A stretch of 34,517 bases of DNA from Welwitschia mirabilis (Eukaryota): positions 28,732,327 through 28,766,843 of the forward strand of contig JBOZIK010000001.1 of NCBI GenBank assembly GCA_051453625.1. The letters run 5' to 3'. This document shows, in pieces, positions 1 through 10,548 of the stretch. The stretch's first letter is position 1. Every line of letters begins with the position of its first letter. The notes beneath the pieces were generated by a model, which was given only the letters and a program-made list of their open reading frames with translations, ran no database searches and was not told the DNA's origin. The translations under genes were made by a program, and so were the position numbers.

Positions 1-249
1 GAAAAAGGAGTTATGCAAAGGCAGTTCGATATTATTTGATGTAAGTAGAGAGCCTTTTATAGGCATACAAAGGAAATAACAATTCTTCTTTTTTTGTAAC
101 AGAACCACTAACTCCGCTAACTTAATAACCATTTCCTTTTTCGTAACCGACCCACTAACTCCATTAACTTAATAACCATTTCCTTTTTCGTAACCCACCC
201 ACTAACTCTATTAACTCAATAACTATACAGAATATTCTACACATCAACA
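1..249 (-). mobile_element. Probable 5' part of a short, Copia-like LTR, truncated by the window edge
   Basis: The minus strand starts TGTTGATGTG at 249, then has U3-like 47-bp tandem repeats, CCTATAAAAGG (TATA, 53-63) and an AATAATA-like signal. There is no polypurine tract just outside 249. No partner LTR or coding region lies in the window, so the family call is inference from layout. Confidence 0.5.
76..223. repeat. 47-bp tandem repeat, ~3 copies (unit CTTTTTCGTAACCGACCCACTAACTCCATTAACTTAATAACCATTTC)
   Basis: GTAAC anchor recurs at 96, 143 and 190 (exact 47-bp period) with few substitutions. Confidence 0.95.
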
Positions 250-2177
250 AGTATTGAAGGAATGAGCAGGTGAGGAATAGCATAGAAGCAGGAGTATAGA
301 GAAATCAATAAAGGTGTTGACATGCTCAAGAAATAAATTTGTAATTAAAAGGTTGAAACATAATATAGAAATGAAAAAAGGGCGCAGATGAATGTGCGTC
401 ATTATTAAAGAAAAACGTATGGCAAATCAATGCAAGGGGAATTTAAGAGTTTTTAAATACTACTAAATGTGCGTCTCTTAACTGGTAAATAAAAGGATTG
501 AAAAAGAAGGAAACTATGGATTGGTAATGTAGAGACACTGCAAGAGCGGATGCATAGTTAAGATTTAATGGCACTATAATTTAATTGATTAGTGGGAGGA
601 CGTAACGTTTCAAGAAAATTTATTAAACCTAGAAGGCCAAGAAGAAGTTCTAATAGAGAAGTTACGTTAATCAATCAATGTTCTTAGTAATTATTTTTTT
701 TTTTTTTTGGACATTCCTTTTAAGAAACGGGTTTACCGAGCGGAAGCCATCAGTAAAAGACAAGAGCGAGTGCATTAATGACCAAGAAAAATAGCCACTC
801 ATTTGCGATTCTTTCTCTTAACCTTTAACGCAATACTCCTGACGGCCGACACATTATGGAAGATAACGAAGACTAACTGAGCATCCATACGGCCACCACG
901 TGGGCCTAGCTCGACGAAATCCTCCTATTGCTTTAATACACCCAGAAATTTTGCTCAAGACTGGACTCGGTTGCATAATTTTAATTTTAATGTAAAGTCT
1001 GATTTATTAGATATGTCATTGACAGAAAAGAAAAAGGGTTCATTGGGGTGGTGAGAGGGAAGGGATGCACTCAATTAATGGCGGTTCTCTCAGCTAAGCA
1101 TTTACCGAATGAGCCCAAAGGATTGAGTTCTCCAGGAAAAAGGGTAGTAAGCTGACGCAAAAAGAAAAACGCTGACTCAGCACGGACACACTAATAACGT
1201 CAGCCACCCTTGAATAGAGGTTGACGTGGATTCCCTGCCGAGACGTTATTCCCTCTTGCATAAAATTTCCTTATGTTGCAAAAAGGGAGCTTCTGCTATA
1301 AGGCACGTTAGTGAAACGGCTTTATTTACAGCTATTGCTCGATGATGAACGGTTACAGATGATTATTAAAAACAAGGAGGTCAACGGTTCAAGCACCATC
1401 ATGAATGCCAACCATTTTTTAAACATTAAATTCTTCCTTTCCCATAACCGAATCTACACCATTAATTTCCTAAAATAGGATCTTAGTTAACCGAGTTTAT
1501 ATCATTAATTCCATTTTAAGGAACCAATTCACCTCAAGATGCCTCTTAAATTCTTTTAATGTGCTACTAATAATTTTTAATGACTTAATTTCCTACTAAA
1601 TGTTAACTAATGATATTAAAATCTTAATTAATAGTATTAAAATAATTATAAGGGAGTAGAAGGGACTACACCCATTGTCTTTATTAATACTTTTACTACC
1701 TCTTAGTTTAACTTCTAATTAAAAATCATATTATTACTTAATAATTTCATTTCACTAGTTACCACATGTAATTAACTAAGTAATTAATGAATGACCACTA
1801 ACACCATTATCAATTCATGATTCCAAATTTTATATTCTTAAATAGACTATAAATTCTTATGAAACAACTGGAATTGATGTATAACAATATATTATCAGTT
1901 TCATATAAAGAATAGTTCAAGAAAGGATATCCAAAATTTTACAATCAGTGCAACTTCGAGGCAATTGGACACTTCAAGTTTTTCAATAAAATTTATCAAG
2001 AAAACATAAAGAACATGCAACCAATTTTTCATCTTTCTATAGTATTTTCCATAAAAGATAATCACAATACAATGTATATAAATCAGACTAAGAAATATCA
2101 TAATCTGTATCGATCACACAAACAAAATTAAAGTTCAACTGTCAATGCAAATCTGTGAAGTAATATTCAAGAAGAAT

Positions 2178-2680
2178 NNNNNNNNNNNNNNNNNNNNNNN
2201 NNNNNNNNNNNNNNNNNNNNNNNNNNNNNNNNNNNNNNNNNNNNNNNNNNNNNNNNNNNNNNNNNNNNNNNNNNNNNNNNNNNNNNNNNNNNNNNNNNNN
2301 NNNNNNNNNNNNNNNNNNNNNNNNNNNNNNNNNNNNNNNNNNNNNNNNNNNNNNNNNNNNNNNNNNNNNNNNNNNNNNNNNNNNNNNNNNNNNNNNNNNN
2401 NNNNNNNNNNNNNNNNNNNNNNNNNNNNNNNNNNNNNNNNNNNNNNNNNNNNNNNNNNNNNNNNNNNNNNNNNNNNNNNNNNNNNNNNNNNNNNNNNNNN
2501 NNNNNNNNNNNNNNNNNNNNNNNNNNNNNNNNNNNNNNNNNNNNNNNNNNNNNNNNNNNNNNNNNNNNNNNNNNNNNNNNNNNNNNNNNNNNNNNNNNNN
2601 NNNNNNNNNNNNNNNNNNNNNNNNNNNNNNNNNNNNNNNNNNNNNNNNNNNNNNNNNNNNNNNNNNNNNNNNNNNNNNNN
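2178..2680. other. Assembly gap (503 N)
   Basis: Run of N. The ORFs called across it are artefacts. Confidence 1.
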
Positions 2681-2984
2681 GCCTCATTCAGCAATCTATG
2701 GAAAATCCACAACCAGACGTCCAACAAGATGATATTATGAAGCTAAGAATAGATTGACCAAAACATAACACCTTGACAAGACTTCAAAAGTAGATTACAA
2801 GATAAGTATGATGGATTTAATTATGAGTTTTTATCTTAAACAAGAAGATTACTTCAAGATATCGAAGAAAGGTACATGAAGATAAAATATGATTCAACAC
2901 AGAGTTTCTCTTATACAAACAACATAATCAACTTATAGGAAATACATATGCATCAATCTCAATAAACATATGATATGAGAGGAC

Positions 2985-3240
2985 CATCAAGAAAATACAA
3001 GAAAATAAAACCATACACAAATACGGAAATTTCAATTCAAATTGCATTAAAAGAAAAGACCAACAAGGAAGCATAAAAGTAAAGGACCATACATAAAAAT
3101 AATGATTTCAATACACAATGCATAAGGAAGGATCAACAAGGAAGCATAAAAGTAAAGAACCATACATAAATATGATGATTTTAATACAAAATATATAAGA
3201 AAAGATTAACAAGGAAGCATCAAAGTAAAGAACCATACCC
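2985..3240. repeat. 73-bp tandem repeat, ~3.5 copies (core CAACAAGGAAGCATAAAAGTAAAGAACCATAC)
   Basis: Core at 3061, 3134 and 3207 (73-bp period), plus a more degenerate copy near 2987. Confidence 0.9.
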
Positions 3241-3568
3241 ATAAGATCATTGTTTGAAGACCTTCCAAGTGTTTCAAAGCTCTTAAGCCTCCTAAGCTCC
3301 AAAGATTTCATGGCAAGATTATCTTTGAAACTAAAAAATAGACTCAAGAAAGAAAGGAGTTTATTTAAAGTGAGAGAACATGAGTGAGGTGACAAAACTC
3401 AAGAATATGAAAGAGCACAACATGATGTAATGGTTAAGAGAAGGATTACATAACATCTCATAAAAGATTGCCAAGTTCTTTTAATAATATAATAAAGATG
3501 ATGCTTCACATTAATAATGAGGAAAAAGGATAAATAACATGTCTCCACAATACACATTCAATTTAGCA

Positions 3569-4210
3569 TAATTGCATAAGTAAATAAAGATATCATTTCC
3601 ACCACAAGAGCATATAAAAATTGAGTACAAACATCTAATCAAAAGATATTCATATTACAACTCAATAAGATTGCATTTCAAGAACATAGCATTTATAATA
3701 ATTGGGGGTTTCAAGTAATCCAATATTTTCCAAATATTTCATTAAGCATAAACTTGCAAATTTTATAAGAAAAGTAAAAATATAGATGTGAAATTTCTCA
3801 CCTCCTTGAGAAGTTTTGTCCTCAAAATTTGCTAAAAAATTAGGTCTCCATTGATTAATATCTGCATTTGCCTCATAATTTACTACTTCTATAGATTGTT
3901 TGTATCATAATAATCTTGAAATATTCTCCACAATATGTAGTAAAAGTTACCCTTAAAAACATATAGATTTTCACAATCTTATTAAGGATTAATTTACAGT
4001 TCAAGCTATGATTGATGTCTTCATACATACATGGATTATGTAATCTTACTAAGAACTTCATAGTAAAACATAAAGTCATATTCCCCGTCCTTCATTTTGA
4101 TAAACTTACTATGTTGGNNNNNNNATTCAATTCAATATTTACATTTAATTGCATAAGTAAATAAAAAATATCATTTCCACCACAAGAGCATATAAAAATT
4201 GAGTACAAAC
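3569..4210 (+). repeat. ~64-bp direct repeat pair (3569-3632 and 4146-4210)
   Basis: TAATTGCATAAGTAAATAAA..ATATCATTTCCACCACAAGAGCATATAAAAATTGAGTACAAAC occurs twice. The second copy lies just after a 7-N gap (4118-4124). Confidence 0.9.
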
Positions 4211-7200
4211 TTTTATTGTGCAACTCTGATATCTGGATTAATCTAATTTGTTGACATAGTACTCTATGGGCTATGGTTCTAGTAATTGTAAATATACATC
4301 TATAATATTTATTTTACTATTATTATATTATACAAATTATCTATTATCATTAAGACCAAATTATCTATTATCAACAAGATCTATGTAATTTATATTCATG
4401 CACATTTACCATTGAATGTGGTTCTAAATGAAGATTAATTTAGTAATTATAACCATTGCTACTTATTAATTATGTCATGCCTTTTATTATCATCATAATT
4501 AGGTCTTCAATGTATACTTTAATACTATTTAAAGATCATGTCATTATGTTAACCATGTTACTATAATGCTCTTACTATGTGTATAAGGATGTTCTTGCAT
4601 TATCATTAGTTATTCACTAATGTTGTTGAACAAGGAATCTTTGTTAATTCATGGTAGTTAATAACTATGACACATGATTTATGCATGGCAACATTGAGTA
4701 AAGAACTCGTGGTACAGGTAGCTATCAATTTATGTTCCAATATTTCCATTATTATTAATGTTATTAAAATAATATTCATTAATAATTAAATAGCTACTTC
4801 ACATGTATACTTCTACTATCTTCTATTATTAAACCAAATGAATTACTACTAATATAGAGCTTACTAATTAATAAATCATGATCCATCATATTAATATTAT
4901 AATTTAATAGGTAGATATTATATTAATATTATTTACAAATGGTATAGCTTATTACTTATGCTGATGAGCTTGTTTAGTATTAATAAGGATATAAGCCATA
5001 ATATTAAATAAAAAAGTTGGAGTATTAACCCTAAAACCCATATTCTCATCTTATTATTTTAATACATCGACCATGTCATTTACTTTTCTTATTCTTATTT
5101 ATTAGTTATACTTTAGAATCCTTCTTAATTATAATTTGTTTATTATCTTTGTCTCATTTCCTTATTGAAATCCTTATGTTATATACTCTTCTTTTTCGAT
5201 TTAGATGATACACAATCATTTCTACAACTTTCATTATCTAAGATATATATTATTTTAATTTCATATGTAGTATATTTTAGAAATATAAATTTCAATTTTA
5301 CTATATAAGAAAATAAGGACATAGTGCTAGATCATAAGTATTGCAATAACATTGATAAGATGCATGGATTATTTTTGTTCTTCATATGTATGTAATTTCC
5401 TTATATTAAAATTTCGTAGACTCTTAAAAAATTGACTAAATTTAAATAAGGCTAATATAATAATTGTTCTAGCTCTTTTGTATTGCTTTCTTTAATAACC
5501 ACCTTTTTCCATGCTTATTGAAATTAGATACCTTTAAAAACATATTACTATTTTTAAAGATAAAATTATTAGATTAAACTATTTAATTTTTCCTCTAATT
5601 ATTGTAATTTATTCCTATTCCTTTCACTTTATAAGGGTTTTTGTTATCTTTATATCCTTTGATTTGGATTTCCAACATATTATACCATTAGTAAATGACA
5701 TTTAGTAAAGTCGCATTATAAGAATTAGAAATTGATGATAACCACCAACTATATCAATTCTCAAATGGCATCAAAAAATCAATAAAGGATTTTGTCTTAT
5801 TAAAGAAGAAGGCTTTATTAATAGTTTTTTTTTTTTTTTTAAACCACTGTAATCTTTTATCTATCCAACTCCACCAATATGCTATTAATGTGAATTTCCA
5901 CTTCATCTTCCATCTCATTGATTTCATACTCCATTCTATGCCATTGATTTAAATCTCATACATCTAAAAAATATATATATTTCCTTGTATACTTATGATT
6001 GCATATTATTATTTTTATTTATTAAACCCCTTCATGTGCCCAAGGTTTCTTAACTTTATATGATTTTTATAATTGTTTTCTTATCAACATTATTAATTGT
6101 TTTCATTTAAACCTCTCTTAAACTTCCACATGAATATTAAGTGGTCACTCATCCCCTACTAAGTGCCACATACTTATCAGCTTCATTTTATATCTACCTG
6201 TTTACCATTTTTCCAACATGCAATAGGTTATGTGTGAGGTTTACATGTCCATGTATCTAGCATGTCTATTTCCAATAAATCCTCCCTTTTCAAGCTTAGC
6301 TCGGTCCCCACAAAACCTCCATTCTCTCCTAATGTCTCTCTTTTCCTTTTCTCATGGCATCATAGATGTCTTTTTTAATGTTATGGTTAGCTCCTCTTCA
6401 TGTTAACAACTCCTATTATATCTATTTAACCTCTTTTAGCACTCATATTACTCATCCTAAGGTTCCCTCTTCTATGTTATGATCTATAAGGTACCTTTTT
6501 CTTACTACAATAGTGGCTTTATTTGCCGTACAAGGCTTTCTCTATGCTTTTTTTCCTAAGTTATTAGTTAATTATGTTTTGATATTTCTTTTTTTTTGTT
6601 TGACTTACTAAAATGGTTTTTAACATTTATTGGTTTTGAATAGACCACTTGCCACTTTCTTTTACATATACTAAACCAAATATTCTTTTGGCTTTTCATG
6701 TCAATGTCCTTTACTTTTGGTGGTAATAACATCATAGCCTTCTTTTCTGATAGCTTTTTAATGTATATAAATGATCCTCTCTATTATGCCGTTACTATCT
6801 ATGGTGAATCCCTTAGGCCCTATATGTGAGTGGTGTCTTCTTTACTATAGCTATCAAACTCTTATGGAGTAGTTACCACTCTTACATTGATAGTGTTGAT
6901 GACTTTAAAAAACATAGCTTAGGGTTTCTATTTTACTTTTAGTTTTTCTTTTAGATTTCTTATAGAGTTTTGATTATAACCTTTAGTTTTAGGGTAAAAC
7001 ATATGGAGGCTAAGTTTGGAGTAAGTACATTGAGATTTAATAGGTCCTACAAGACTGAAAACTCTATCCAATGCATGGTGAGAGTGTGGGAAGCCATTGC
7101 AAACAAAGGAAATAGAGGTAGAAAGTTATTTAAAGCGTTTTACTAAGGTAACTTATTTAATTACATGTTTATAATTTATTTAGTCAATAGTCTAAGAACC

Positions 7201-8121
7201 CTTAAATTCTTGGGTTTCATGATATATGAATCAATTACAATCCTTATTGATCACAATATATACTCTTATTTTTTATAGGTTTGCATTTAATTATTTTTCC
7301 TTCTTAAAACTTACTATGTTACAACATGTACATATAGTAGTTTCTTTTTTTTTTAATTCTTCCTTCATGGGATTTTTCTATTCTAATTTCCATTTGTTAT
7401 TCATTTATTACTATGATTTATTATTACATGCCTTATTAGAGACAACTGATATGAAAAATAAATGGGACTTATAAAGACATAAAGAGGTAAACTAATAGGT
7501 TTTCTATTTTTCACATGATTTATTTAAGGGAATTTTCCTAGTGGAAAATGAGTTCTTATTCTCTCTATCTTTGAAGTTGCATTTCTTCCTATATGTAAGA
7601 TATTATTATTATGTTTTATAAGTAGGTTGCTCATACCCTCTAGACCTAATACTTTATTGGCTTCTTCTTTTGGCAATATAGTAGAATCACTATAAATGAC
7701 ACCCTTTCATCATAGATGTTTCTTTGATAATGTCTCATGTTGACATAGATAAACTCAACCTTAAAAATGGATGTTTTTGGATTTTTGTTTAATTAATTTA
7801 ATATTTAAGATGCTTTGAATAATATCGATGTTAATTTTATGTGCTTAACATGTGATTCCATGAGGCTATATGATTTTTTATACCATTTGATATTGATGTT
7901 ATATGGTTATTCATGAAAGTCCCTAAATTCTATATTTATTCAATATTACTATGTTTGTTATGCAAGATCACATGTCTATTTTATGAGGCATATCATTTTC
8001 ATATTTTCCCCATTATGAAAAACATGTCTACTTTTTTTTATACCTGAATTACATTTTATGACATAATCTTATTTTATTAATACAAAAGGACAATGTAAAA
8101 TAGATTTTAATGTACATAGGG

Positions 8122-8746
8122 TGTTGTGATACCAAATTTTATGTTTTTATAGAGTATTTTAAGTAACTCTGTAGGACATTTAGATAAGTTTAAGCAAAAA
8201 ATGATAATTATTGAGACTAAAGGAGAAACTAATGAAAATATACAATTACTAACACATTTGGAGGCATTTTGGATTAATTCTAATACTTCATATTTTAAGG
8301 AGAAATTAATGTTTTATAAGTTTAATTTCACTTGATTAAAGAGCTTGAAGAATCTTTTTGTCCCCTCCATCATTTAGATGACCACATAAATGACACCAAT
8401 TACATACTAACTAGGATGTTATCTAAACTAACATAAAGGCTAAAAATAGAATTCTCTTAATGTAGCCATCCCAATCATTGTCTACATGACTAGAATTATG
8501 ACACCTAATTTTAGTTAATGTACCAAACTTTACCTAACGTGTATAATGTATCATGTGCTTTGCATGCACTATTTGGGTTTTGGTTATATCTATTTAATTT
8601 GCTATTTTTAGTTAATTATTATTAATAAATATTACATTTTTCCTTGACTCTAATCTTCTTTGTTACACTAGGAATTCTCATAATAGAAGATCGAAGGATC
8701 GAAGGTCCAACCATTAGTTGTAGAGAAGGATCTTCCTTGGTGTTGG
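8122..8746 (+). mobile_element. 5' half of an older Athila-type solo LTR (interrupted)
   Basis: Begins TGTTGTGATACCAA, similar to the start of the LTRs at 8747 and 25677. Preceded by TAGGG (8117-8121). Ends ...CTTCCTTGGTGTTGG, a motif found mid-LTR in the other LTRs. Confidence 0.85.
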
Positions 8747-9981
8747 TGTTGTGATGCCAATTTGTAGGAATTTAATGGTGTATTTTGAGTGCATTTTTAG
8801 GACATTTACATAGGTTTGGATGTAATACTGATGACTATGAAGATCTGATATGATGATCAGTAAAACATGTGATTATTAGCATATTAAATGGTTCTCATAC
8901 TTATTCTGATACTGCATATTTGGAAGAAGGCTTCAGGATGTAAAGGACTAATTTACCTTTAAGATTAGAGATAATGAAGACTGTCACCCATAACATGCTA
9001 GACAATGACACTGCTGACATGGACAGAAGCTATGAGGCTGACAACAAGGCATGAAGATATTTGACATAGGGTGATGTTCCTCATGTCATTCCAATTTTAA
9101 TCGAGATGATAGATGATTTTATATAATCAGAAAGAAGTATATTTGTAATGGGATCAAGTAACTAATGTGGGCTATTAGGGTTTCTTTTTTACTTATAGGG
9201 TTTAATTTCTAGAACCTCAATGCAAAACTATAAATACCCTTCTCCTCTTTTATTTCCATTTCCATCTTTTATATCTGATATGTTTGTAATAGAAGATTGA
9301 GGATAAGAAATCCATCCAAAGTTATAGAGAGGAGTTTCCTTGGTGTTAGGATGAGTCTCTTCCATAGAGGTGTTGTTATTCTATCTGTGAGTGGATGTAA
9401 AGTTCTTGAGTTAATCTAAATACTATTTTAAATCAATACAATTGCTATTTCATTTTCATTCTGTATGTTTTTTATGATTTACATTGATCATAGTTTATTA
9501 TTACAAATTTATGATTTATCTATATCATAAAAACAAACTTTGATAAGGTTGATCTTGTTTACTATTAGATTTGCATTGCTTTTTCATTTCTTTTCATATT
9601 ACATCTCATATTCCACTTAGTGAATCTCATAGTTTATGTTGATTAAAAGCTAGTGGATACTCTCTTAATTAATTTAAATTATAGAGAGGTTAATCCTTAT
9701 GACAAAAGGATTAGGAACCAAAAACGTTCATTTCATTTCCACTTGCATTTCATTTTTATTCACTTGTATTGCATTTACTTATTTATTTCTTTATAGTTTT
9801 TATAATATAAAAGATCAAAAACATATTGGAAATCAATTCTATAGCTCTTAGTATAGTGCCTTCATTTGAATTATGACATTTGAGTGAACTCTCATCTATA
9901 CTAGTATGTGTTTTTGGCAAGTTATTTTATTTACATGTTTACCTGAAGAACTTCAGAATTGCATAAATTTACACTGCAACA
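8747..9981 (+). repeat. 5' LTR (LTR1), 1235 bp
   Basis: Termini TGTTG...GCAACA, aligns end to end with 25677-26895, TATAAATA at 9229-9236, immediately followed by a PBS. Confidence 0.95.
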
Positions 9982-9984
9982 TTT

Positions 9985-10002
9985 TGACAACGTTGTCAGG
10001 GA
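9985..10002 (+). promoter_or_regulatory. Primer-binding site, tRNA-Asp type (degenerate)
   Basis: TGACAACGTTGTCAGGGA matches 13/18 of TGGCGCCGTTGCCGGGGA, the complement of the plant tRNA-Asp 3' end that primes Athila elements. Lies 3 nt after the LTR end. Confidence 0.85.
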
Positions 10003-10159
10003 AGGTCGAAAAAAGCTAGGAGAATTATCATTAACCAAATAAGTACCTTAAATATTTTTGTTTAGGTTATTTAATAAATTAATATTGTATTTCTAGTATA
10101 GTTTAAAGTAGATTTATTTCCTCGTAAATTTATTTTCTATAATTTTTCATAGGGATCTT

Positions 10160-10500
10160 ATCATTCTCTCTATTTTTTCAATGACCTTGGGCATGATAGT
10201 TCTGAAATTCCAAATTTAGTTTTTATTTTCATAATTTCCTTTTTGTTTTTTTAGTAATAAAATTAGCGTTGGCTCTGTCATCTTCACAACAAGCAAGACG
10301 ACAGTCTTGCTATTTTTTCGCATTTCATAACTTTTTTCTTTTTTTGTAAATTTAAATAAATTATCATTTTATCTATCATCTCCATGATAGTCTAGATGAT
10401 AGTCTTCTTTTCTTCTATCAATGAATTTTCATAGTTTTGGATTTTTGCTACTATGATCATCGTCCTTCCTATCATCCCATGACTAGGCAGATGATAATCT
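10160..10500 (+). repeat. Four spaced ~30-bp imperfect inverted-repeat motifs in the 5' leader (~100-bp period)
   Basis: CTGTCATCTT..AAGACGACAG (10275-10304), CTATCATCT..AGATGATAG (10373-10402), CTATCATC..GATGATAA (10468-10497) and a degenerate copy ending ~10200. The same four occur in the second element (17660-18000). Confidence 0.7.
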
Positions 10501-10548
10501 GTTGTTTTTCATTTTAGATTTTTATTTGTTGATTGAGAATGCAGGGAC

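Noticed and set aside
2142-2732. Three long ORFs of 181-195 aa
   Set aside because: Almost entirely X residues from the 503-N gap.
6919-6996. Telomere-like TTAGGG/TTTAGGG words
   Set aside because: Isolated single units, not an array.
5640-7200. Possible decayed minus-strand coding sequence (pyrimidine-rich plus strand, slightly higher GC)
   Set aside because: Trial translations gave no recognisable motif or sustained frame. It needs a translated profile search.
7226-7474. 82-aa hydrophobic ORF, and similar short ORFs at 1901, 3108, 3873, 28448 and 30029
   Set aside because: Low-complexity products of AT/T-rich DNA, with no motifs or gene structure.
8821-8890. Hammerhead-ribozyme-like text in the LTR (CTGATGA ... 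AAAAC with a small stem)
   Set aside because: All three full LTRs read GTAAAAC rather than GAAAC, two read CTAATGA, and no stem I partner is visible.
10160-10500. CRISPR-like appearance of spaced palindromic repeats
   Set aside because: The repeats are degenerate, spacers are ~70-nt T-rich, there are no cas genes, and the context is a plant retrotransposon leader.
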